Shown here piece after piece: positions 25,068 to 34,812 of a stretch of DNA of 42,805 bases (position 1 is the first letter of the stretch; each line of letters begins with the position of its first letter). The stretch lies in the IMG/VR virus record IMGVR_UViG_3300048861_000025, positions 1 to 42,805 of that record; one strand, 5' to 3'. Source of the DNA: a virus. Lineage: Duplodnaviria; Caudoviricetes. The position numbers were made by a program, and so were the translations under genes. The notes beneath the pieces are model-generated. The model saw only the letters and a program-made list of their open reading frames with translations, was not told where the DNA came from and searched no databases.

Positions 25068-25887
25068 AATCCGCGCCGATCATCGGCTCAATACCGCGCA
25101 ATACGAGGTGCGGCCTGATGCGCTTGAGCGTTGGGAACCCGGTGTCCGTGCGGCGGCTGGTGACGACTCAGCGTCGATCTCGATTTACGACTCGATCGGC
25201 GACAACTGGGAAGGCACCGGTATCACGGCGAAGCGGGTCAGCGCTGCGTTGCGCAACATTGGCGCGCGAGCGCTGACGGTGAATGTCAATTCTCCAGGCG
25301 GCGACTTCTTCGAGGGCGTGGCGATCTACAACCTGCTGCGCGAGCACCAAGCCAAGGTCACGGTCAACGTGATGGGCATCGCTGCGTCTGCCGCTTCGGT
25401 GATCGCGATGGCCGGCGACGAGATCCTCATGGGTGACGGCGCTTTTCTGATGATCCACAACGCCTGGACGGTCGCAATCGGCAATCGCCACGACATTGCG
25501 CAGGCCGCGGAGGTGCTGGCCCCGTTCGACGCCGCAATGGCAAAGGTTTATTCGCAGCGCGCGGGCATTTCGCAGGCCGAGGCCGCCGCCCTGATGGACA
25601 AAGAGACGTGGATCGGCGCCGAGCAGGCAGTGACGGACGGCTTCGCAACCGGGCTGCTCGATAGCGCACAAGTCGCGAAAGACACAAACGCGAGCGGTAG
25701 TCGTAAGGCGCTCGCTCTCATTGAGGCGTCGATGGCGCGCGCGGGCTACTCGCGCGGCGCACGTCGTGACGCTCTCAAAGCCCTATTCGACGGCACGCCG
25801 GGCGCTGCCGCTGAAAACGCCAAGCCGGGCGCTGGCGACGACGTTGCAGCTTCGCTGCAGAACCTCATCAACGCTCTTCAAGGATAA
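25045..25887 (+). CDS. ClpP-type head maturation protease
   Basis: VNSPGGD, GIAASAASVIAMAGD, MIHNAW, ETW. Confidence 0.95.
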   Translation: MSLLKLPEIRADHRLNTAQYEVRPDALERWEPGVRAAAGDDSASISIYDSIGDNWEGTGITAKRVSAALRNIGARALTVNVNSPGGDFFEGVAIYNLLREHQAKVTVNVMGIAASAASVIAMAGDEILMGDGAFLMIHNAWTVAIGNRHDIAQAAEVLAPFDAAMAKVYSQRAGISQAEAAALMDKETWIGAEQAVTDGFATGLLDSAQVAKDTNASGSRKALALIEASMARAGYSRGARRDALKALFDGTPGAAAENAKPGAGDDVAASLQNLINALQG

Positions 25888-25891
25888 ATCC

Positions 25892-27169
25892 ATGAGCAAG
25901 AAACTTCTGATCGCCGCGCTCGCGGCAACCCTGGCCGGCACGACTGGCGCGGTTCCGCGCGGCATCGTAGCGGTGCGCGCTGATAGCGGCGGCGACGTCA
26001 AGGCGCTGGTCGACGGCGTCAACCGTGCGTTCGAACAGTTCAAGGCCGAGCACACGAAGCAGCTCGACGCCGTGAAAGCAGGCCTGCCCGCGTCCGACAT
26101 CACCGCGAAAGTGGAAAAGATCGGCGCGGATCTGGACGCGTTCCAGAAGGCGCTTGACGAGCACAGTGTCAAGATGGCCGCTCTCGAAATGGTCGGCGGC
26201 GGCGGCGCCAAGCTACGCGATGCTGAATATACGGACGCCTTCAAGGCGCACGTGAAGAAGGGCGACATCAACGCGGCGCTCAACAAGGGCGCGGACGAAC
26301 AGGGCGGCTACCTGACGCCGATCGAGTGGGATCGCACGATCACGAATAAGCTGGTGCTGATCTCGCCGATGCGCGAACTGTGCCAGGTGCAGTCGGTGTC
26401 GAAGGCCGGCTTCTCGAAGCTGTTCAATCTGGGCGGCGCTGCAAGCGGTTGGGTTGGCGAAACGGATGCACGCCCGCAGACCAATACCGGTACGTTCGCG
26501 TCGCTCGCGTTCGGCTCGGGTGAGATCTACGCGAATCCGGCTGCGACGCAAGGCATCCTCGACGACAGCGAGATCGACCTCGAAACGTGGCTCGCGGGCG
26601 AAGTTCAGACGCAATTCGCGAAACAGGAAGGCTTGGCTTTCGTTTCCGGTGACGGCAGTAAAAAGCCGACTGGCATCCTGACGTATGTCACGGGCGCCGC
26701 AAACGCCGCTGCGCATCCTTTCGGCGCGATCGAAGTCGTGAACAGTGGCGCGGCGGCCGACATCACGTCGGACGGCATCATCGATCTCATCTATGACCTG
26801 CCGAGTGCTTTCACCGGCAATGCACGCTTCACGATGAACCGAAACACGCAGCGTTCGGTGCGCAAGCTGAAAGACGGCCAGGGCAACTATCTCTGGCAGC
26901 CGTCGTACGTCGCGGGCCAACCGGCTACGCTCGCCGGCTATCCGGTCAAGGAAGTGCCCGACATGCCGGATGTCGCGGCCAACTCCACGCCGATCTTGTT
27001 CGGAGACTTCCAGCAGACGTACCTGATCGTCGATCGTATCGGCGTTCGTGTGCTGCGCGACCCGTACACGGCCAAGCCGTACGTGCTGTTCTACACGACG
27101 AAACGTGTCGGCGGCGGCCTGCTGAATCCGGAGCCGATGCGCGCGATGAAGATCGCAGTGGCGGCGTAA
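25892..27169 (+). CDS. HK97-fold major capsid protein
   Basis: GGYL.P.EWD, WVGE, AF.SGDG..KP.GIL, LKD..GNYLWQP, L.GYPV, FGDF, RDPYT. Confidence 0.97.
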   Translation: MSKKLLIAALAATLAGTTGAVPRGIVAVRADSGGDVKALVDGVNRAFEQFKAEHTKQLDAVKAGLPASDITAKVEKIGADLDAFQKALDEHSVKMAALEMVGGGGAKLRDAEYTDAFKAHVKKGDINAALNKGADEQGGYLTPIEWDRTITNKLVLISPMRELCQVQSVSKAGFSKLFNLGGAASGWVGETDARPQTNTGTFASLAFGSGEIYANPAATQGILDDSEIDLETWLAGEVQTQFAKQEGLAFVSGDGSKKPTGILTYVTGAANAAAHPFGAIEVVNSGAAADITSDGIIDLIYDLPSAFTGNARFTMNRNTQRSVRKLKDGQGNYLWQPSYVAGQPATLAGYPVKEVPDMPDVAANSTPILFGDFQQTYLIVDRIGVRVLRDPYTAKPYVLFYTTKRVGGGLLNPEPMRAMKIAVAA

Positions 27170-27206
27170 GCGGGAAAGTATCTCCGTAGGGCCTGTGTGT
27201 GGATTG

Positions 27207-27237
27207 AGGGGCGTCCTTGCGGCGCCCCTTCTTTTTT
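27207..27237 (+). terminator. Terminator after capsid gene
   Basis: AGGGGCGTC-CTTGC-GGCGCCCCT then TCTTTTTT. Confidence 0.8.
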
Positions 27238-27247
27238 GGAGGTAGAT

Positions 27248-27406
27248 ATGCCGAAGTTCATCAAGCCGTTCCGCGGCGTGCCGGAGGGCGAGATTTACCC
27301 GAAGCAGTTCGAAGCAGGTGACGAATGCCCGTCCGAGCTTGAGGCAGGCGCGAAGGAAGTCGGCGCGCTGGAAGGCCCGGAAAAGCCTGTGAAGGCGACC
27401 AAGTAA
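27248..27406 (+). CDS. 52-aa head-associated protein
   Basis: MPKFIKPFRGVPEGEIYP..F.AGDECP.EL; GGAGG SD. Confidence 0.72.
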   Translation: MPKFIKPFRGVPEGEIYPKQFEAGDECPSELEAGAKEVGALEGPEKPVKATK

Positions 27407-27409
27407 GCG

Positions 27410-27751
27410 ATGGCGCTCGTCGATCTCACTCTGGCGCTCGGCTTCTTGCGACAAGACGCGGGCGTTGAGGATGACGTCGTGCAGGCGCTGCTCGACGGCG
27501 CGACGCAGTCGGCGACCGACTATCTGAACCGGCAAGTTTTCGAAGATGCCGACTCGATGGATGCGGCGGTTGCGGCGGGCACTGCTGGCGATTACCCGAT
27601 GGTCGTAAATGGCGCAATCAAGGCGGCGATCCTGAAAACCACCGGCGAGCTATATGCAAACCGCCAGGATTCCTCCATCGGCACGCTCGTCGAGTTACCG
27701 TTCAACGCGCGGACGCTGCTGCGACCGCATCGCATCGTGCCGGGTCTCTGA
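27410..27751 (+). CDS. Head-tail connector (HK97 gp6-like)
   Basis: LR.D...ED..V..L...A...DYLNR...IKAAIL...ELY.NR. Confidence 0.9.
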   Translation: MALVDLTLALGFLRQDAGVEDDVVQALLDGATQSATDYLNRQVFEDADSMDAAVAAGTAGDYPMVVNGAIKAAILKTTGELYANRQDSSIGTLVELPFNARTLLRPHRIVPGL

Positions 27752-28098
27752 TGCGCGCGGGGCCGTTGAATCGCCGCGTGCGCATCGACCACCGCGTCGG
27801 CGCAGGCACGCTCAACGATCCGACGCGCTGGGCTCCGCTTGCGACGGTTTGGGCCAACGTGCGGTTGCTGACCGGCAAGGAAACATTGCTCGCCGATAGC
27901 GATGTCGGCGAAGCCAACGCGAGTATCCGCGTTCGGTTCCGTACTGACCTCGATAACAGCATGCGCGTTGTGCTGCTGAAGTTCGTCGACGGCCAGCCGG
28001 TCGACGAAGCGATTTTCAACATCCAGAAGCCGCTTCCCGATTACGCCGGGCGCGAGTACACGGATCTGGCGTGCACCGAAGGTAGCAACGATGGCTAG
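27751..28098 (+). CDS. Head closure protein (SPP1 gp16-like)
   Basis: MRAG.L.RRV.I...W...ATVWA.V...G.E...IRVRFR.D....MRV. Confidence 0.9.
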   Translation: MRAGPLNRRVRIDHRVGAGTLNDPTRWAPLATVWANVRLLTGKETLLADSDVGEANASIRVRFRTDLDNSMRVVLLKFVDGQPVDEAIFNIQKPLPDYAGREYTDLACTEGSNDG

Positions 28099-28444
28099 CG
28101 CGGAATCGATCGTCGACGCCGCGCTCGCCGCGCTGGCCGGCGGCCGCGTCTATCCCGACGTTGCACCGGGCACGCCGGTTAAACCGTACATCGTGTATCA
28201 GAGCGTCGGCGGCGTCGAAGAGACGACTTTCGACGGCGCCGACACACTACAAAACAGCCGCATGCAGGTCGCAGTGTGGTCAACCACGCGCCCCGAAGCG
28301 GCGACCATCATTCAACAGGTGCGCGCTGCGCTGACTGCCGCGCCTGTTCTCGGCACGCCGATTGGCGCACCGGTGAGCGTCTACGAAGACGACACGAAGC
28401 TTTACGGCAGTCGACAAGACTATTCAATCTGGTATCAGGAGTGA
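28091..28444 (+). CDS. Tail terminator (DUF3168-like)
   Basis: GRVYPDVAP...PYIVYQ.VGG...RMQV.VW. Confidence 0.88.
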   Translation: MASAESIVDAALAALAGGRVYPDVAPGTPVKPYIVYQSVGGVEETTFDGADTLQNSRMQVAVWSTTRPEAATIIQQVRAALTAAPVLGTPIGAPVSVYEDDTKLYGSRQDYSIWYQE

Positions 28445-28448
28445 AACC

Positions 28449-28883
28449 ATGACCAGCACCGCAATTTCGTCGCAGGGCAGCACTTTCTCGGTCGACACCG
28501 CCGCGGATGGAGCAGGTACGCCGACGTGGACGAATGTCGGCAACATCAAAAGCTATTCCGGCTTCGACGGATCGGCGACCGAAATCGACGTGACCGATCT
28601 GAATTCCGTCGCGAAGGAAAAGCGGCTTGGCCTGCAGGACTGGGGCTCGTTCTCGCTCGACGCGAACATCAACTACACGGACGCCGGCCAGGCCGCAATG
28701 CTCGCTTCGTGCAAGGCCAAGACCGTCAAGCAGTACAAGCTCACGCTGCCCGATGGCTCGGCCAAGACGTTCGCCGCCTACGTGAAGACGTTCCCGCTCG
28801 CTGGCGGTACCGACACGGTTCTCACCGGCACGATCGCGCTCACGATCACCGGCGACGTGACCGACGTTCCGGCGGAGGGCTAA
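28449..28883 (+). CDS. Major tail tube protein
   Basis: EIDVTDL.S.AKE...GL.D.G...YKLTLPDG...F.AYV. Confidence 0.9.
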   Translation: MTSTAISSQGSTFSVDTAADGAGTPTWTNVGNIKSYSGFDGSATEIDVTDLNSVAKEKRLGLQDWGSFSLDANINYTDAGQAAMLASCKAKTVKQYKLTLPDGSAKTFAAYVKTFPLAGGTDTVLTGTIALTITGDVTDVPAEG

Positions 28884-28888
28884 ACGAG

Positions 28889-29260
28889 ATGCTGAACCGT
28901 AATCAGATCCTCGGCGCCGTTGACGTCCAGACCCAAGACATCGACGTTCCTGAATGGGGCGGCACCGTGCGTATCGCAATGATGAGCGGCGCTGCGCGCG
29001 ACACGCTGCAGGCTGCTCTTGTCGATAACAAAAAGACATCGTTCTTTGAGGCGGCACTTGTGGCCGCGACGGTGGTTGACGATTCTGGCGCTCTAGTGTT
29101 TAGCGCTGACGACATCGCGGCACTCCAGACGAAGAGCGCAGCAGTGCTGACGCGGATTGCTGAGGCGTCGATGGCACTCAACAAGATCGGTGCTGCTGCT
29201 GCGGATGCCGCAGTAAAAAACTCCGGAGCCGCCACGAGCGGCGATTCTGGCATCGACTAG
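28889..29260 (+). CDS. Tail assembly chaperone (G-like)
   Basis: MLNR.QIL...D......VPEWGG.V.I..MSG..RD; ends with slippery site (VKNS). Confidence 0.88.
   Translation: MLNRNQILGAVDVQTQDIDVPEWGGTVRIAMMSGAARDTLQAALVDNKKTSFFEAALVAATVVDDSGALVFSADDIAALQTKSAAVLTRIAEASMALNKIGAAAADAAVKNSGAATSGDSGID
29215..29221 (+). other. -1 programmed ribosomal frameshift heptamer A AAA AAC
   Basis: In G frame GTA AAA AAC; the -1 frame continues LRSRHERRFWHRLALQLGMSV into the ORF ending at 29571. Confidence 0.85.
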
Positions 29261-29571
29261 CGCTCCAATTGGGCATGTCGGTCAGTCGGGCGCAAAGGGA
29301 AATCGACAGCGCCGAATTCACTGATTGGGTTGCATTTTACGAACTGGAGCGATGGGGCTCTGGCGTTGAGGATCTCAGAACGGGGTCGATCCTCTCGATG
29401 TTGGCAAATATCAATCGAGACCGCACGAAGGCTCCCGATCCGTTTAGCCTGTTGGAGTTTGTGCCTTGGTCGTCAGACCGGTTGGGCGATCGTAACTCGG
29501 AGCCGATCCTGCTTGACGATCCCAAGGCGCAGTCGGCGCTTTTGTGCGCGGCACTTTTTGGCGGGCGATAG
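29221..29571 (+). CDS. Tail assembly chaperone T segment (expressed as G-T fusion)
   Basis: RRFW.RLAL.LG.SV...IDSAEF.DW.AF...E..G...DLR.G. Confidence 0.82.
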   Translation, partial: LRSRHERRFWHRLALQLGMSVSRAQREIDSAEFTDWVAFYELERWGSGVEDLRTGSILSMLANINRDRTKAPDPFSLLEFVPWSSDRLGDRNSEPILLDDPKAQSALLCAALFGGR

Positions 29572-29572
29572 C

Positions 29573-29977
29573 GTGGCGAAAGCGGCGATGCAGATGATGA
29601 ACCCAGAATCCCTGACTGCAGGGCTGCGCGATCTTGAATTGGCTGTTTCGGAATCGATCCTCCGCAAGGCTGCACTGGCTGGTGCGCGTGTCTTTCTCGA
29701 CGAGGAAAAGCTCCGTGTGCCAGTGAGGACCGGTAAAGGACGAGACAGCCTAATCATCGCGTACGAAGCGGACAAGTCGCTGCCGGGCGTCATCGCTTCG
29801 TACATCGTGACGTGGACGAAAGAAGCCTACTACCTGCGCTTCATCGAATATGGCACGTCGAAGATGGCGGCCAATCCATTCAAGCGTCCCGCATACGACG
29901 CAAAGAAAAGCGCAGCGGCTCAGGCCGTTGACGAAGTATTGAACGAGGCAATTCAAGGGGCTGCCGGTGGCAAATGA
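29573..29977 (+). CDS. HK97 gp10-like tail completion protein
   Basis: LRKA..AGA...PVRTG..RDS...YY.RFIEYGTSKMAA.PF.RPAYD. Confidence 0.88.
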   Translation: MAKAAMQMMNPESLTAGLRDLELAVSESILRKAALAGARVFLDEEKLRVPVRTGKGRDSLIIAYEADKSLPGVIASYIVTWTKEAYYLRFIEYGTSKMAANPFKRPAYDAKKSAAAQAVDEVLNEAIQGAAGGK

Positions 29978-32855
29978 GAACGTAACGCGCGTCACGGCAG
30001 ACGCGAGCGGCTATACGGCCGAGCTTTCCAAGGCTGCCCGGTCTGCTCAAGCATTTGCCGAAAGCAATGAGGCGGCGTCGCGTCGTATCGCCGCTGCGCA
30101 GGAGGCAGTAGCCGAAGCGACGGCAAACGGAAGCAACGCAAGCGTTCGCTCGATTAACTCGTTCATGAACAGCTTGACCCGCCAGGCGGACACCGCCGGT
30201 AAAACTCGGACTGAGTTGTTGCGCATGCAGGCCGCGCAACTCGGTGTATCCGCCGCCGCCGAGGCATCAATTGCAAAGATTGAAGCGGCGGCCGCGGCCA
30301 CATCGAAGGCAAGTGGCGCGACGCACGAATTCAGCTTGGACTCGGCCAGCGCACGGCGTGAACTCGTCGTGCTTGCTCACGAGTTGTCCCAAGGCAATAT
30401 CAAGAACTTCGCCGGCTCGATGTTGGTGCTTGCGGAGCGCACGGATGCGATGTCGCTGATCTTCAATAAGACGGCTCTGACGGCCGGGGCGTTCGTGGGC
30501 ATTCTGATTGGCGCCGTGTCTACGACGGTACATGCTGCGGAAGCACTCGCAGAATACGGCGAGACGATCGAGAAGATTTCGAGGTCGACCGGATTGTCGA
30601 CGGACAGCATTCAGTCCTTCGGATTCGCGGCGGGCACGGTTGGCGTCAAGACGAAAGATGCGTCGGATGCGCTGGCATCGCTGGGCAAAGCCCAAAATGA
30701 AGCACTCCACGGAAATAACGATGCGGTAGCGGCCTTCAAGTCGCTGGGCATCTCATTGGACACCCTAAAATCGGCGTCGCCCGATCAGGTGCTGTCCCGC
30801 GTGGCCGATGCCTTTGCAGGCGCGCAGGATGGTGCATCCAAAGCTGCGGTCGCGACTGAACTCTTTGGGTCTGCCGGCGCTGATCTGATTCCGCTGCTCG
30901 ACGGGGGTAGCCAGAAGCTCGACGCGCTAACGAAGTCAGCGCAGGACGCGGGTGCGGTGCTTGGCGGTGACACGATCGCTCAGCTATCGGCATTCAAGGA
31001 GCAGCTCGAACTCAGTCAGCAAAAGATGGAAGCAGCAAACCTGACTGCCAAAACCGCACTGATTCCGACTATTTTGAATCTGACGGCGGCGATGGGAGAT
31101 AACGTTGCGCTCAAACCGCTCCTAGTTGACTTTTACAACGGCGTAGGCGTAATTATCAAATCTGCGGCCAGTGCTGTAGCGACCTTGGTAGTCGGATTCG
31201 AGCAGACATCTGAGGTGGTTGCAACGCTGGCGACGGTCGTCGGGTATGGCCTGACTGGTCAATTCAAATTGGCTGCGGCATCGGCTCAGGTTGGATTCGA
31301 CAATCTGAAGAAGCAGGGCGCCGGATACGCAGACTTCATGGCGAAACTCTGGTCGAACACCGCGCCTGTCGCCGCGCATGCTGCGACGCCCACCGGTACG
31401 ATCTCGTACGCGCAAGGTCAGAACTCGCCCAAGAAGATCAACGAGGACGCGCTCAATGCACAGATGCGCGATCTGAAGGAGCAGCTTGACGCTCGCGAGA
31501 AACTCATCGGGGCCAGCGTCGACCACATCAAGTCCCTGCAGCAGCAGGGCATTATCGATGCCCAGACGGCAATTCAGCAGGAACACGACGCGCGCGCGGC
31601 TGGCTATGCCGATGAGTTGAAGATCGCGGATCAGGAAATAGAGTTGGCGCAGCACAAGAAGCAAGCGCAGGCGCTCACAGAGTGGCAGGGCAAGAAGAAG
31701 GCGATTCAGGCACTGATCGCGAAGAACGACCAGGACACTGCCGACGCCACCGCTCTCCTGCAGGCGAAGGAGAGCGCAGCAACGAAGGCCTACACCGATG
31801 CGCTGAACACCGCTTTTCAGACGCGGGCCGACGCTATCGCGTCGCAGTTGCAGGGCAAGACTCTCGGCGCGACTGATGCGGATGATCTCGCACGCGCGTC
31901 AGCGGCGGCCAAGGATTACAGCGAGAAGTATGCATCTCTCACGAAGTCGCTGACCGAAAACAAGATCAGTACGACCCAGTACGACGACGAGATTACCGCG
32001 TTGCAGGCATATGAGAGCCGGCGTCTCGCGCTCGAATCGCAGGCGACAGACCAGATCAAGCAGCTGAATGCTGATGGCTTTGCCGGAGCGGAGAAAGCTG
32101 CGGCCGACTATGCAGAAGAAGCATCGAACAGCTTCAAGCAGGTCGGTTCGACCGTTTCCGATTTGGCTAAGGGTATGGAGGATGCGTTCGTCACCTTCGT
32201 GACAACGGGCAAGGTTAGCTTCAGCAGTCTGGCGACTAGCATCATTGCGGACATCGTGCGCATTCAGGCGCGCGCTGCGATTGCCCAAGCAACGAGCGGT
32301 GCAACGTCATGGTTGTCGGGTCTGTTTTCGACGGCGGCGACGTCTCTCGCCGGTGGCCTAGGGTCTAGCACTTCAAGTAGCCTAGCGGTGTCGAGCGGCA
32401 ACTACTACACACCGAGCAGCCCGGTTCTGTTCAAGGCTTTAGGGGGCGCGATTTCGGGTCCAGGTACCGGCACGAGTGACAGTATCCACCTCATGGCGTC
32501 GAACGGCGAATTTATCGTGAACGCCCAGCAAACCGCGAAACATCGATCGTTGCTCGAGGCGATCAATAACGGTGGCCGCATCAATGGCCTAGCGAAGTTT
32601 GCGAGCGGTGGATATGTGGGCGCCGCTTCCAGTGTGACATCCGGCGGTAGCGGTGATGTCTCTATCCAGGTCGTAAATAACGGATCGTCCGAGGTTCAGA
32701 AGCCGCAGGTATCGACGGACGCCAGCGGGAAGAAATTCATTCGCCTCATCATCGATCAGGCCAAGAACGAAATCGCGGGCGACCTCGGCAGCGGCCAGGG
32801 GAGCGCTAGCAAGGCGCTGTCGCAGCGTTTCGGGCTTACTCCAAGGTTCAGATAA
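29967..32855 (+). CDS. Tape measure protein
   Basis: 962 aa Ala-rich helical; lambda-type C-terminal F..LA.SII.D and GPGTGTSDSI...SNGEF. Confidence 0.95.
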   Translation: MANENVTRVTADASGYTAELSKAARSAQAFAESNEAASRRIAAAQEAVAEATANGSNASVRSINSFMNSLTRQADTAGKTRTELLRMQAAQLGVSAAAEASIAKIEAAAAATSKASGATHEFSLDSASARRELVVLAHELSQGNIKNFAGSMLVLAERTDAMSLIFNKTALTAGAFVGILIGAVSTTVHAAEALAEYGETIEKISRSTGLSTDSIQSFGFAAGTVGVKTKDASDALASLGKAQNEALHGNNDAVAAFKSLGISLDTLKSASPDQVLSRVADAFAGAQDGASKAAVATELFGSAGADLIPLLDGGSQKLDALTKSAQDAGAVLGGDTIAQLSAFKEQLELSQQKMEAANLTAKTALIPTILNLTAAMGDNVALKPLLVDFYNGVGVIIKSAASAVATLVVGFEQTSEVVATLATVVGYGLTGQFKLAAASAQVGFDNLKKQGAGYADFMAKLWSNTAPVAAHAATPTGTISYAQGQNSPKKINEDALNAQMRDLKEQLDAREKLIGASVDHIKSLQQQGIIDAQTAIQQEHDARAAGYADELKIADQEIELAQHKKQAQALTEWQGKKKAIQALIAKNDQDTADATALLQAKESAATKAYTDALNTAFQTRADAIASQLQGKTLGATDADDLARASAAAKDYSEKYASLTKSLTENKISTTQYDDEITALQAYESRRLALESQATDQIKQLNADGFAGAEKAAADYAEEASNSFKQVGSTVSDLAKGMEDAFVTFVTTGKVSFSSLATSIIADIVRIQARAAIAQATSGATSWLSGLFSTAATSLAGGLGSSTSSSLAVSSGNYYTPSSPVLFKALGGAISGPGTGTSDSIHLMASNGEFIVNAQQTAKHRSLLEAINNGGRINGLAKFASGGYVGAASSVTSGGSGDVSIQVVNNGSSEVQKPQVSTDASGKKFIRLIIDQAKNEIAGDLGSGQGSASKALSQRFGLTPRFR

Positions 32856-33337
32856 TGGCTATCGCATCGTGGCCGGATCGTCTCCCGGCGCCGACCGTAT
32901 CGGGCTATTCGTACAAGGCACAAGCGCCGTTTATCCGAACCAGCATGGATTCGGGTGTTGCTCGGCAGCGCCGGCGGTTTATCAGCATACCGACTCAAGT
33001 GTCCGTGACATGGACTCTCGATCAGGAGCACCTTGCCTTACTGGAGGGCTTTTTCCACTACGAGGTGACCGACGGTGCCGGTTGGTTCATGGCTAAGCTT
33101 GCCAATGGGCTCGAACTGCAGAACGTCAAGGCGCGGCTGATCGATTCGTATCAGGTCGACATCATCGACAAGGGCTGGTGGAAGGTTTCGGCGACACTCG
33201 AAACCATCAATATGCCGGTTGCGACGCCTGACGAATACATCGCTCTTCGCGACTTTGGCGAGGACGTCATTCACGCTGTATCGAATGACCTGCACAAACT
33301 GATTCACGTCGAATTGCCGGGACCGCTCGTATGGTGA
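32855..33337 (+). CDS. Distal/minor tail protein
   Basis: WP..LP.P...GY...IRT.MDSG.ARQRRRF...GAGWF; follows TMP. Confidence 0.82.
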   Translation: MAIASWPDRLPAPTVSGYSYKAQAPFIRTSMDSGVARQRRRFISIPTQVSVTWTLDQEHLALLEGFFHYEVTDGAGWFMAKLANGLELQNVKARLIDSYQVDIIDKGWWKVSATLETINMPVATPDEYIALRDFGEDVIHAVSNDLHKLIHVELPGPLVW

Positions 33338-33879
33338 CTCTCTACGAACAGGCGCTTAAGGAAGCGTATGCCGCCAATCCGGTCGACGACGTTGTGCTGG
33401 ACACGATCGAAATTCGTCACCCGGCGTTCGTGGATGACAATGGCAACCCGACCGCCGTGCGCATTGTCCGCGGGTATGACGACATCGTCGCGACACTCGA
33501 AGCTGCCGCGCCCCTGAACCCTGGCGCCGCAGTAACGTTCATAGGCGCGGCATTCGATTTCGTGCTGCCCGGCTTCGATGAGGGGCAGATTCCGCAGTTG
33601 CAGATCACCCTCGACAACGTGAGCCGCGAGGTCACGGCGCATCTCGAGCAGGCGATCGGGCAGACAGCCCCAATCGAAGTAACGTACCGCCCGTACTTAT
33701 ATTCTGATCTGAGCGAACCGCAGATGGATCCGCCTATCAACATGCTGCTGACGAACGTCACGGTCGACGTGTTTCAGGTAACTGGAACCGCCACGCTGAA
33801 CGACGTGCACAACTGGGGATTCCCGGCGACGGTCGGCGGCTATTACACCATCGATCGGTTTCCAGGGTTGTTGAGGTGA
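33331..33879 (+). CDS. DUF1833-like tail tip protein
   Basis: EAYA...LDTIEI.HP...F...LP...L.ITLDNV...YRPYL...FPGL. Confidence 0.85.
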   Translation: MVTLYEQALKEAYAANPVDDVVLDTIEIRHPAFVDDNGNPTAVRIVRGYDDIVATLEAAAPLNPGAAVTFIGAAFDFVLPGFDEGQIPQLQITLDNVSREVTAHLEQAIGQTAPIEVTYRPYLYSDLSEPQMDPPINMLLTNVTVDVFQVTGTATLNDVHNWGFPATVGGYYTIDRFPGLLR

Positions 33880-33921
33880 CCTCGGTTATTCTACGGTCTC
33901 ACATCCATCCGGAGGTTTCGA

Positions 33922-34362
33922 GTGAAGCCGTTGATCGCGTGTGTCATCGCCGCAAACATATTGACCGGGTGCGTTAATACGCCGCCGGGTCAATTGACCG
34001 ACGATGCATTCTATAGAACAGCCCTGAGCGTACAGGGAAGCCAGGCCGAGGTTGTAACCAGATTCAGGAGCGGCCTTCGTCAATGTGGGCCGACAAGCAG
34101 CGGCGCTCTGTTTGTCGTTCACTACGGGATTCCAGACTGCCTCACAACTTCTTCAGGAGCGGCAATTTGCGACCTGTATATCGGTGATGCCACCGGTGGG
34201 CGATCTGGATTCGTGCTTGGGCGCGCGGACTTTACTGAATCTCCGAACAGCATGACACATGTCGATCTGCGGGTGCGCCGGAGCGCGGGAAACGCTGACG
34301 CCACGGTGGCGGCCTGGAAAAAATTTGTCGAAGGACGACCGGCAGAGGTTTGCTCTAAATAG
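33922..34362 (+). CDS. Lipoprotein moron within the tail tip genes
   Basis: GGAGG SD, lipobox LTGC, own terminator. Confidence 0.75.
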   Translation: MKPLIACVIAANILTGCVNTPPGQLTDDAFYRTALSVQGSQAEVVTRFRSGLRQCGPTSSGALFVVHYGIPDCLTTSSGAAICDLYIGDATGGRSGFVLGRADFTESPNSMTHVDLRVRRSAGNADATVAAWKKFVEGRPAEVCSK

Positions 34363-34382
34363 ACGCGGTCGCTCATCACCTT

Positions 34383-34411
34383 AAAAGCCAGCTTTCGAGC
34401 TGGCTTTTTTT
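34383..34411 (+). terminator. Strong intrinsic terminator after the lipoprotein
   Basis: AAAAGCCAGCT-TTCG-AGCTGGCTTTTTTT. Confidence 0.9.
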
Positions 34412-34419
34412 ATTTCGAT

Positions 34420-34812
34420 ATGAAACCTCAAGACATCAACCGATACATCGGGCTGCAATGGTCGGCCGGTGCGCGCGGTCCCGACGCTTTCGATTGCTGG
34501 GGGCTATTGCGCCACGTGCAGGCCCAGCACTTTGGAAAGATCGTCCCGGATGTGACTGAGTTCGGCGCAGTCGTGCGCGATATGTACGACGAGCGGATGA
34601 ATTCTCGCGAGTGGGAAATCGCAGACCAGCCGTTCCATGGCGCTGGCGTGCTGATGCGCGGCGGCGATGACCCGCATGTGGGTGTGTTCCTCGACCTTGA
34701 AGGCGGCGGTGTCCTGCATTCGATGGAGCGCGTGGGCGTGATCTGGTCGCCGCGCGCGACACTGCGCCTGCTTGGTTTCTCGAAACTTAAATTCTACCGA
34801 TTCCATGTTTAA
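34420..34812 (+). CDS. NlpC/P60 tail tip assembly protein
   Basis: YIG..W..G.RGPD.FDCWGL...HVGV...VLH. Confidence 0.9.
   Translation: MKPQDINRYIGLQWSAGARGPDAFDCWGLLRHVQAQHFGKIVPDVTEFGAVVRDMYDERMNSREWEIADQPFHGAGVLMRGGDDPHVGVFLDLEGGGVLHSMERVGVIWSPRATLRLLGFSKLKFYRFHV

Noticed and set aside
26213-27535. 440-aa ORF antisense to the capsid gene (likewise 6135-7256, 22016-22858, 23225-24106, 14760-15707)
   Set aside because: Antisense shadows expected from high-GC codon bias; no motifs, unlike the same-strand nested ORF in the MTase
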